Below, in pieces: positions 24,929 through 34,063 of a stretch of 64,000 nt of DNA. Source of the stretch: Centroscyllium fabricii (Eukaryota); assembly GCA_051313645.2 (NCBI GenBank), contig JBNRSN020000009.1:83452001-83516000 (forward strand). Direction: 5' to 3'. The position numbers and the translations under genes are program-made. The notes beneath the pieces are model-generated. The model saw only the letters and a program-made list of their open reading frames with translations. It did not search any database and had not been told where the DNA came from. The stretch's first letter is position 1. Each line of letters starts with the position of its first letter.

Positions 24929-27900
24929 CTATCCCCTGTCAGGGTCGCAGCGGGCCGCTCCCTGTGGCGGTGCGTCGCTGGCCCTTCCCTTTGATCCCCC
25001 GCAGCCTGTTGCTGCTTGTCGGGGATATACAATTATTCTCTGGCGGGGGCATTTTCCCCCTGTTCTGTCCCTATACCTGAGGGCATAGGACGGTTCTGGC
25101 CAAGCCTTTCTGGGCTGGGGTTTCCTATCCGATCGACGGAGGATGCTTTTAGGTACTGCCCCCTGGGCCGACGAACTGAGGATCAGGCCAGATCGTGCTG
25201 CAGCCTGTGACCCCGTCACATCTGCCAGCATCGACGTTCCCTCCTCCAGCTCCGCCGACGAACTGAGGACCGAGCCAGGTTGTGCTGCAGCCTGTGACTC
25301 CTTCACAGCTGCCAGCACCAACCTCTCTTCCTCCAGCTTCGCTTCCCTGGGACCGAGAGCCCCCTGGGCCGACGACCTGAGGACTGGGCCAGATCGTGCT
25401 GCAGCCTGTGACCCCGTCACATCTGCCAGCATCGACGTTCCCTCCTCCAGCTTCGCTTCCCCGGGACTGGGATCTCTTGCGGCTTCCGACCTCATCTCAC
25501 CTGTCTCCCAAGGTGGTGAGTCTCCGCCCGCTATCCCTACCTCTTTGGCACTTGAGTTGAGAACGGAACCCCTGTCCTCCGACCCCTCCTTCTCCTCTGC
25601 GACTGGGTCCAACACTTGGTCAGGTTGGTCAGTCAGGTCCAACAATTGGTCGTGTTGGTCAATCGGGTCCAACACTTGGTCGTGTTGGTCAGGCTCTTCC
25701 CCATCTGAATCCCACACAGCACGGGAGACCCTCCTCTCCTCCATAGGGGCCTCTCCTCTCACGCAGGCTACTTTACCTGCCTGCGCGACCTGTGGTCCTA
25801 CACTTGGCTGGGCGTTCCTACTCACAGGGCTTGCCCCTGTGGTCGACCCCTGCATGCCCGACTTATACCTTTTGCATTGGTTAATATGAAACCACTTCGT
25901 GCGTCGGGGCACCTTCACTGCATACACCATGGGGCTTGCCTTGTCTACAATGCTGTAGGGCCCCATGTACAGTGGCTCTAAACTCCCTACCCGGGCATAG
26001 TTCCTCACCATGACCAGGTCTCCTACTTCCCATTCTTGCGTTCTTCGGGGCTCCAGCAACAGCTTGTTCCCCTGATGCTGTCTGCCCATGTTCCCTGCTG
26101 CCTGCTCATGTACTTGCTTTAGGTGCTCGAACAGATTTTGGGCAAACCTGTCCTTCTTTACCTCTTCGAGCTGGCCTTCCGTGAGCACCGGGGCTAGTAC
26201 ATGAGTGGGGGTGCGCATGGCCCTTCCAGTCATTAACTCGTGCGGGGAATACCCCGTACTTTTCGACTGGCTGGCCCTGATCCCCATGAGGATTAAAGGC
26301 AGGATCTCCGCCCATTTCTGGGGCGAGCCCATGGCCTCTTTCCTCAACCTTTCCTTAAGGGTCCGGTTCATGCGTTCCACAATCCCTGATGACTGGGGGT
26401 TGTGCGCTACGTGCCATTTCCCTTTGATGCCTAAGAGCATGAGGGTGTTCTGCATGACTTGGCCGGTGAAGTGACTCCCCTGGTCAGACTCCACAAAACG
26501 GGGAAGTCCCCACCGTGAGAACACCTCCCGGACCAAGATCCTGGCAGTACCTAAGGCCGTAGCCGTCCTACAGGGGAAAGCTTCCACCCACTTGGAGAAC
26601 ACGTCCACCAGGACGAGACAATATTTATAGCCTCCCTGGGCGGTGGGTAGGGGCCCTATATAGTCGACTTGTATCGACTGCCATGGTCCCTCCACCCTCC
26701 TGACGTGACCCATCTGCGCTTTCCTCCTTTGGGGGTCTGGGTTGTTCGCAGCGCACACCAGGCAGCTTGCACAGAACTCGCGGGCATCTTCCCTGAGTCC
26801 CGGCCACCACCCTGCCTGCTCTACCCGTTGCCACGTAACCTCTGGCCCAGGGTGCCCTGCTCCTGGACCCTCGTGGGCCAGTTGGAGAAATTCCCTCCTG
26901 TGCTGCTGCGGCACAACCCATTGTTCCTCCCTGAACAACATTCCTTCCTTAACGGAGAGGGTCGCCCTACTGTACGGGCCCTCTACCTGCTTGTCCTCGC
27001 TAATTGCTTTGAGGACAGCTTTTAAAACGGGATCCTGGGTTTGAACCGTCTTTAGGTCCAAAGGCAGGGGTACCCTGGGGCGGTTCCCCTCCTTATCCCG
27101 GATCGCGGCCACGGGTCCGGACCCATAGGGGTCCCAGAAAGTGCCTTCCCGAGCACCCTCCTTGGCCAGTGCATCCGCCCGCTGATTGCCTCCCCCACAG
27201 GGTTCCGTGGAAGAGTGCGCCTTCACCTTGTGGATGAAGATCTCCCCTTCTTCCCCTACTGCCGCTAGGATCTTCTCCAACAAGGGCTTTACCGCTAATG
27301 GCCGCCCATCCGCGGAAGTGTACCCGCGACGTGACCATATGGCCAGATACTCCGTGCATGAGTTGCACGTAAACATGCTATCTGAACAAATTGTGTACGG
27401 GGTTGGGAAGGTCTCGGGGTGGGTCACCACGTATGCCACCGCCGACAGCTCGGCCTGCTGCGCGCTCATGGTGCGGGGAAGCTTAACCGCCAAGGCAATG
27501 TCTGCCGTAGGGTCAAAAATCCCGCAGCCCGTGAGTCGTTCGCCAGCCACCACTGTGCTGGAACCATCAACATAAATCTCGCGGCCCGTGGGATGTATCC
27601 CGGCTCGCAGACCTATGTTCACCTCCCACACCCCCTCCACGGAACACCGATGGGTCGTTCCGGGGTACATTAAATTTGCTGCGAGCTTGGGCTCACACAA
27701 GCCCTCCACTTTTAAATCCATCTGGGACAGGAGAAGAGTCCAGCGCGCAATCCTCGCGCTGCTCACGGTCCCATCCTTAATCCTTCCATCCAGGAGCATC
27801 CTGGTGGGTGTGTGGTGGGTGAGGAGAGTGATGGGAGAGGTTCCCGTGAAGATTAGTGATCTCTTCACGGCCCAATGCGTGGCTAGAAGATGCCATTCAC

Positions 27901-29527
27901 AGTTGGAGAACCCCCTCTCCACGTCTGTGAGTACCCTTGAGGAATACACTACCGGTCGCAGCTTTCCGTGCCGCTCTTGGAGCAGCACAGCACCCAAGCT
28001 GTCTTCGCCGGCGGCTACCTCCAGGGAAAACTCCTTCCCCCCCTCTATGGCCCCCAGGGCTGGCGCGGTTTGCAAGTCCCTCTTCAACTTTTCAAACGCC
28101 GCCTGGCAACCCTCGTCCCATGACCACCCAACTCCCTTATGTAAGAGTCGGAGCAGCGGAGCTGCTGTGGCTGCATAGTCCTCAATGAAGTCTCTGCAAT
28201 ACCCGGTCAGTCCCAAAAAGGACCTCAGACCCTTTACGGTGGTAGGGATCGGTAGCTCCTGTACCGACTCCCTCCTGGCCTTATCTATGGCCCTTTCCCC
28301 AGCGCGGATGGTTAAACCCAGAAATTTTACTTCTGTCTGGCCGATCCGTGCCTTTTTCGGGTTTACTTTAAAACCCTTCCTAGCCAGTAATTCCAGCAGC
28401 TCGCCTAGCAGTGGCAAGTGCTCTTCCCTAGTGTCCGTGAACAAAAGTATGTCGTCCACGTACTGCACTATCTGATTGGGCTGGCTAAACTCCTTTAAAC
28501 TCCCTGCCATACAATGGTGGAAAATGCTGGGGCTGTTGTGGAAGCCTTGAGGTAGGCAGTTCCACGTGTACTGCTGCCCTTTAAAAGTAAAGGCAAACTT
28601 GTACTGGTCCTCCCTCCGCAGCGGGATGGACCAAAACCCATTGGAAATATCCAATACCGTGAACACCGTGGCGGAAGCAGGAATACTTCCGATCAGGTCG
28701 GCAACTGCTGCCACCATGGGTGCGCAGGCGGGGATGTTACTGTTGAGGACCCGGTAATCCACCGTGGCTCTCCATGAGTTGTCTGGCTTCCTTACGGGCC
28801 ACAACGGAGAGTTCACATGGGTGGCTATCGGCCTCAACACGCCCTGCCGCACCAGTGAAGACATCGCTGTCTCCAGATCGGACTCAGCTTCCTTAGGGAA
28901 GTTATACTGTTTCTGGGGTCGGGACATGGGATCCCCCTGTACGCTAACCTCAAACCCTAGGACCCTCCCGCAATCGTGCTTATGGGTCACAAAGGCGTTT
29001 ATATTATAAGTCACGGCCGCATGCATGTCGGCCGGAACCCCCTTGGACAAACTTTCGAGGTCGTAACCTCCAGACGGCTTCATGGTGCATAGGGTCCCCT
29101 TCTCTTCTTCCTCCCCTATGACCACAACTTCACCTCTTCCACTCTCGGCTGCCCATAAACAGTGGTTCCTTAGGTCGATCATAATCCCGTGTGCTCCCAG
29201 AAAATCTGCCCCGACTATTCCTCTACCACCTCCTTCTTCCCATTTCAGCAGGATGCACTCCCACGTGGTGTGGAGCGCTCCTAACTGAACGGAGAGTGGC
29301 CTAGAGCGCGCGCCCCCCTGTTCCTTGCCCGTAAACCCTGCTAATGCAAAAGGGACTCCGGTGGACATTGGGGAATTAAACGGCTTCTCTGTATGGATCA
29401 CGGTGCATGAGGCCCCCGTATCCAACAGATAATTCCCCTCCTGTCTCTCCACCTCCATTTCCACCAGAGGTCTCCTCCACGCATCATAACGGAGCGGACA
29501 CAGGTAAATGGGCAGCACGGGTCTTAG
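24929..29527 (-). CDS. Intact Pol: PR, RT, tether/RNase H-like, second RNase H, IN and a repetitive C-terminal extension
   Basis: YLLDTGAS; NSPLWPVRKPD, LDISNGFW, LPQGFHNSP, QYVDD; tether with non-catalytic LEVAA; IYVDGSS...AQQAEL...ICSDS...KVKAH...GNQRADALAK; integrase HHCC, QVDYIGPL, ESDQG, GIVER, and MGPY. Confidence 0.93.
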   Translation of the reverse strand, partial: LRPVLPIYLCPLRYDAWRRPLVEMEVERQEGNYLLDTGASCTVIHTEKPFNSPMSTGVPFALAGFTGKEQGGARSRPLSVQLGALHTTWECILLKWEEGGGRGIVGADFLGAHGIMIDLRNHCLWAAESGRGEVVVIGEEEEKGTLCTMKPSGGYDLESLSKGVPADMHAAVTYNINAFVTHKHDCGRVLGFEVSVQGDPMSRPQKQYNFPKEAESDLETAMSSLVRQGVLRPIATHVNSPLWPVRKPDNSWRATVDYRVLNSNIPACAPMVAAVADLIGSIPASATVFTVLDISNGFWSIPLRREDQYKFAFTFKGQQYTWNCLPQGFHNSPSIFHHCMAGSLKEFSQPNQIVQYVDDILLFTDTREEHLPLLGELLELLARKGFKVNPKKARIGQTEVKFLGLTIRAGERAIDKARRESVQELPIPTTVKGLRSFLGLTGYCRDFIEDYAATAAPLLRLLHKGVGWSWDEGCQAAFEKLKRDLQTAPALGAIEGGKEFSLEVAAGEDSLGAVLLQERHGKLRPVVYSSRVLTDVERGFSNCEWHLLATHWAVKRSLIFTGTSPITLLTHHTPTRMLLDGRIKDGTVSSARIARWTLLLSQMDLKVEGLCEPKLAANLMYPGTTHRCSVEGVWEVNIGLRAGIHPTGREIYVDGSSTVVAGERLTGCGIFDPTADIALAVKLPRTMSAQQAELSAVAYVVTHPETFPTPYTICSDSMFTCNSCTEYLAIWSRRGYTSADGRPLAVKPLLEKILAAVGEEGEIFIHKVKAHSSTEPCGGGNQRADALAKEGAREGTFWDPYGSGPVAAIRDKEGNRPRVPLPLDLKTVQTQDPVLKAVLKAISEDKQVEGPYSRATLSVKEGMLFREEQWVVPQQHRREFLQLAHEGPGAGHPGPEVTWQRVEQAGWWPGLREDAREFCASCLVCAANNPDPQRRKAQMGHVRRVEGPWQSIQVDYIGPLPTAQGGYKYCLVLVDVFSKWVEAFPCRTATALGTARILVREVFSRWGLPRFVESDQGSHFTGQVMQNTLMLLGIKGKWHVAHNPQSSGIVERMNRTLKERLRKEAMGSPQKWAEILPLILMGIRASQSKSTGYSPHELMTGRAMRTPTHVLAPVLTEGQLEEVKKDRFAQNLFEHLKQVHEQAAGNMGRQHQGNKLLLEPRRTQEWEVGDLVMVRNYARVGSLEPLYMGPYSIVDKASPMVYAVKVPRRTKWFHINQCKRYKSGMQGSTTGASPVSRNAQPSVGPQVAQAGKVACVRGEAPMEERRVSRAVWDSDGEEPDQHDQVLDPIDQHDQLLDLTDQPDQVLDPVAEEKEGSEDRGSVLNSSAKEVGIAGGDSPPWETGEMRSEAARDPSPGEAKLEEGTSMLADVTGSQAAARSGPVLRSSAQGALGPREAKLEEERLVLAAVKESQAAAQPGSVLSSSAELEEGTSMLADVTGSQAAARSGLILSSSAQGAVPKSILRRSDRKPQPRKAWPEPSYALRYRDRTGGKCPRQRIIVYPRQAATGCGGSKGRASDAPPQGAARCDPDRG

Positions 29528-29579
29528 TCATTGGGTTTCTACGTAAGGGGCTGCGGTGCCTGCGGAACCGGTGGCAACC

Positions 29580-29925
29580 GCTGCCTTCCCCTGGGAAGCC
29601 ATATACAACTTCATGGCCCCCAGCGTAGACTCAATCGTTTCGGGACTTAAAGTCGCACCGGCACCTCCTGTGGGAGTGGGTGCTCGGGTTGGGGCTGCCT
29701 TTCCCTGGGAAGCCATATAAAACTTCATGGCTCCCAGCGTGGACTCAATCGTTTCGGGACTTAAAGTCGCACCGGCACCTCCCGTGGGAGCGGGTGCTCA
29801 GGTTACCGCTGCCTTCCCCTGGGAAGCCATATAAAACTTCATGGCTCCCAGCATGGACTCAATCGTTTCGGGACTTAAAGTCGCACCGGCACCTCCCGTG
29901 GGAGTGGGTGCTCGGGCTGGGGCTG
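29580..29925. repeat. Three tandem 114-bp (38-aa) repeats at the gag C-terminus
   Basis: GGGAAGCCATA recurs at 29593, 29707 and 29821. Confidence 0.9.
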
Positions 29926-31540
29926 CGGGAGCTCTTTCCTTGACCTCCCTCCACGGGGCTCTACAGTCTCTGCGCCAGTGGCCTGCCTTCCCGCACCTAT
30001 GACACGTAGACTGCCCCGGGTTGCCCCCCTCCTGATGCCACTCTCTCTGCACTGGGGCGTCTGCGTTATTCGCATACACCTTCCCCTTATCGCAGTGCAT
30101 CACCGAACTTCTGGTGTTCTTATACGCGACCGTGAGTCAGTTGAGGACCGTCTCCTCTGTTGCCTGGGCGTCGGTGGGATCAAACCACACCTTTGCCTGC
30201 TCTCTAACGGCTGGTAGGCTGTTGGCAACGATACACCGGAGCCACTGGGCTCTCCCGGCATCGCGCAAAACAGCCCGTGCAGGTACATCTGGGCAGCTGC
30301 GCTGATACACAGGCCACAGCCTCCCGGCGAAAACCCGTGGGGGTTCTCCCTCCATCTGCACGGTCCTACCCAGCCACACAAACGGACCTTCATCGTCCAT
30401 CCCCAATACTTCTAAGACCTCGTCCCGTAGGTCGTTGTAGCACTTATCCCCCCTTTTGCTCTCGTCGGAGAGACACTGAAGGATAGAGCTATCTAGGGAG
30501 AAAAGCAGCATCCTGGCTTGCTCCCCTTCGTCACAGCCGTTTACCGCTACGGACTGTTCGACCTCTCTAAAATGCAGGGACGGATCGCCTGCTGCGGACA
30601 GATTCCTAAAGTGCCCGATCATGCCCCTTATTTGTTGCGAGCTATGGGGCATTATAACCTCATTCATGATGGGCCCGGGGTCCCCATCCACGGTGTCGGG
30701 ACCCCGCCTCGTTTCTCGAACCGGACACATGGGTGCCGGGTCCGGATCCCCTACTCTGGGAACCTCCACCGCCACCTCCTCTCTGTTCTCTTTCTCCCAT
30801 GCTTGCGTATAGTGGGGTGATCGCGCGGGGAGCGCGGGGGCTGGTGCCTCCGGCGCCCTCCTCGGCTTTGGCTTCGGGGGTTCCTTAACCACCTTTACCT
30901 CACCCACCGATGGGTCGATCAGGCACACTAGACCATTTGACTTGCTCAGGGCCTCCCTGAGGTCCTGAATCTCTTTTAAACAGGAGCTATGATCAGCGTC
31001 CTCATACTTTGTCTCGAGGGACATCTTATATGCTGCCCTCATTCCCAGCAAATTCTCGTCCTGGGCCTTTAACTGGCCACTTAGGCGGACGCACCGTTCC
31101 CTGAGCTTCCCTTCGCTCGACATGGCCTCTACCACCTGCCGCTCTAGGAGCTCAACCCTGGCCTCATGGCGGCTGGTCTTCACCTGGCGCTCTCTATTTA
31201 GAGCCTCGAGTGCGGTGATTAACTGCTGCCCCCGAGACCTTTTCCTCCACTTCGAGGACTAACCCTTTGATCTGCGCGGTCTGCGCCGCAATCACCTGGT
31301 CCGAAAGTTGGACCTGCCTTTTATAGCACATAAGCCATACCGCCTTCTCCACTGACTTCTTATGCCCCTTGCTACCCGTCCAACGGATAGCTGCGTCCAG
31401 TGCACGTTTGTCTGCCAGCAGGTCCCCAATCCACTGCTTTGTCAGGTTAACCTTACTAAATACATAATCGGCGATTTTCTCATCCATTTGGTTCCTTTTA
31501 TTCAAGGCTGAGTCCAACACATCTCTTTCCTGCTGCCAAC

Positions 31541-31558
31541 GTCCCTTCGTGGTCGCCA
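31541..31558 (-). promoter_or_regulatory. Primer-binding site, tRNA-Arg
   Basis: TGGCGACCACGAAGGGAC, 18 nt, 4 nt after the 5' LTR; complementary to the vertebrate tRNA-Arg(UCG) 3' end as recalled. Confidence 0.8.
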
Positions 31559-31562
31559 TTTC

Positions 31563-33260
31563 TGTAAGGGGTGTGCGCCGTGTGTTTTATTCACGACTTG
31601 GGGTCCTTTATTGCCTTGCTCTAGCCGTCTGCCAGGCCTCGCGCAATAAACCTCCTCCCCCGTGAGCGGTTCGAATCGCTCACCCTTACGGTTCTCGACG
31701 CTGGACTTAGATGCAGGAAGAGAGACGAGATGTACAAAGATTGGACTCAGGTTGACTTGAATAAGGGTTTCAAAATTTGGATGATTTTATTACAGTGAAT
31801 CACAAGTTCATATACAGCAATTAACTTGTACGTCATATAACAAACACAGTATGAAATGCAAACATTCGTAGCCCAAATTATATATATATATATATGAATA
31901 CACGATTAACTTATAGGATGGGGAACACACGGCACATCGTAAATTGGGGCAAACACTCTATAGATTCAACCAAATAAACCACCCTCCCCTCTATTGCCTA
32001 GCTATGTCCAGGTGTGTAGGATCAGGGCACATGCTCACCACTCGGTCAAACTCGGGGTCAGCTACGAAGTTCTTCGTCCTTTCGGCTGCAGCGTCGGTCG
32101 TCACGTGGCTGTGGAAGATTCGGGAGTCCACTTGTTTGCTTCTCCCTCTTGGCGGCGGCTGTGTCTGCTCAGGCTGGCCCTGGGCAGGTTCCTCAAGGCT
32201 TCTCTACCTCCTCGCACCAACCACACCGTCTCCCTGGCTGAACTGGGCCCTGTGGTAAGCCGATCCTGCCCTCTCTAGCCGAACTGTGACAAGTCTTAGC
32301 TTACTGCTTTTACCCATGCATCGAACGCCAGCAACTTGTGGTGCCAGACAATCGACTACCTCTCCAGCGATGGCCCAGCCCTGATGCGATGCCACTGCCA
32401 GAACCTGCACCCTGCTCGCCCTGCACCCTGCTCGCCCTGCACCCAGAGATCCGAACGGGAGCTTCCGAAGAGAAACCCTCCCAAAAGTCACTGCTGAAAG
32501 TTCAAGAAGTCCTCAAGTTCTGCAAGAGAACTGTACCTAGTTCCAAGAGCTTCCCAAGAGCTCCAACCGCTTCCAGAGAATCCGAGTCACAAGAGAAGAG
32601 CTACCAGTTCCAAGAGTCAAGCCTAAAGTCATCAGAGTTTTTCCAAGAGCAGAAGAGAGAGAACTGTGCAAACTGTCTGCTAGTTATACCCCAAAAGTTG
32701 ATTGCGTAATGCCTTTCCACTCATTGCAATGTATTGTCTTATTTAAAAACGGTAACTGCTTCTTTGTCCAGCTAACCTGCTGAGATGGCTTGAGAGCAGC
32801 CCTAACCGCTCCGGTTAGTGTTTCATTATCTAAAGAGGGTGCAAATCGCTTTATTGCTTAGCTCGCGGTACAATTTCTAAGCCTGGCTATTTGGGCCAGT
32901 TAGTCCATATTTGCGATATATTGGGTGTTTATCATCTGGGTGCATTTTCTTTGTTGGGCTAAGCGGTTCTGGGGGGGGGGGGCTGGTTAGTTCTTTACAA
33001 TCGAATACTGGCTTTTGGCGCCCCCATGTCTGGGTTTCCGCGCGCTTTCTGCAAGGCTTTGAAAATACATATGTGGTTTCGTTTTCGGCTCTGGCCGTTA
33101 TGTCATGTGGTCCGGCGGCCATCTTTTGAGGCCCCTTTTCTTTCATCAAGCCGCAGCTTGTTTTTCTCTGCTGCTGACTGCTTAATAAAAATGCTTAATC
33201 CATCCATCTGTCTCTTGTCTTTATGAATTCCATTTGGATCGGGAATGTTGCGAGCTTACA
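31563..33260 (-). repeat. 5' LTR of the retrovirus-like element
   Basis: Direct repeat of 22360-24055, followed on the minus strand by the PBS. Confidence 0.95.
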
Positions 33261-34063
33261 TGCCGACATTCCTGTAGCCATGGAATACCCATTAGGGATC
33301 CACAGCTCACCACTTAGATTCACATGAGGCCCGGGCCTCAAAATTTTGTGCGGCTTCTTGCCGCCTGAACTGGTGGGCAGCTGACGTACAGCGCTAGTTC
33401 GCCGCATGAAAGTTAAAATCTACCCGTACATTGAAAGGTGATTCATATTATCATCAGGGTTGCCAACTCTAGTTTGAAGTATTCCTGGAGATTTGATCAT
33501 GTGACATTTGATCACATGACATCCGATCACATGACACCTGCCCACTGCTTGCAAATGTTATTACATTTACATTAGTTGAGTGTCATAGCCTCACCAAGCC
33601 CTGAATAAAATATTTGACTTTTTGTTTTACAGTGAGATGAAGAACATAATTTAGAATTCAAAGAAAGAACACAAAATAGAAAGATTTAAGGATAAATAAT
33701 TTTTCAATAAAAACTACTTCTGTGATGTTTCTACACCAGACTGCAATGAGAAACATGTGGTAACTGTGGTAAACCACTGTGTTATATATCTGTACCATAT
33801 CTATAACCTTCTATGACCCTATCTGTGTGTATATAGTTCTCCCTGTATAGCTTGTCTGGGCATGCCCGTGCTGACTCCGCCTGTGGCTCCTCCCCCCTGG
33901 ACCAGATATAAAGGTGACTGTCTCTCTCCACCCGATCATTCCGGGAGCAGTCGACTAGCTGGGGCATGCCCATGTCTTAGCGAATAAAAGCCTTTTATTC
34001 ACCCATAACTTCTCGTCTCTGAGGTTATTGATAAGGTATCAATTTTATTCGCTAAATTTCATC

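Larger units (their letters stand above)
29528..31559 (-). pseudogene. gag with one frameshift and two in-frame TGA stops
   Basis: ORF pieces 31559-31194, 31183-30137, 30103-29798 and 29728-29528. Coiled-coil-like N-terminal region; zinc knuckle CHRCGKAGHWRRDC. Confidence 0.85.
22360..33260 (-). mobile_element. Full-length retrovirus-like LTR element (dual RNase H, no env; lokiretrovirus/Odin-like architecture)
   Basis: LTRs 22360-24055 and 31563-33260 (about 1.7 kb; about 10 substitutions and 3 indels by eye), TSD TGCC, tRNA-Arg PBS, PPT CAACAGGAGGGAC. Confidence 0.92.
21959..33425. mobile_element. MITE-like element split by the retrovirus-like insertion (parts 21959-22359 and 33261-33425)
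   Basis: Ends GGGATTGATTTTAAC and GTTAAAATCTACCC are imperfect inverted repeats. Confidence 0.45.
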
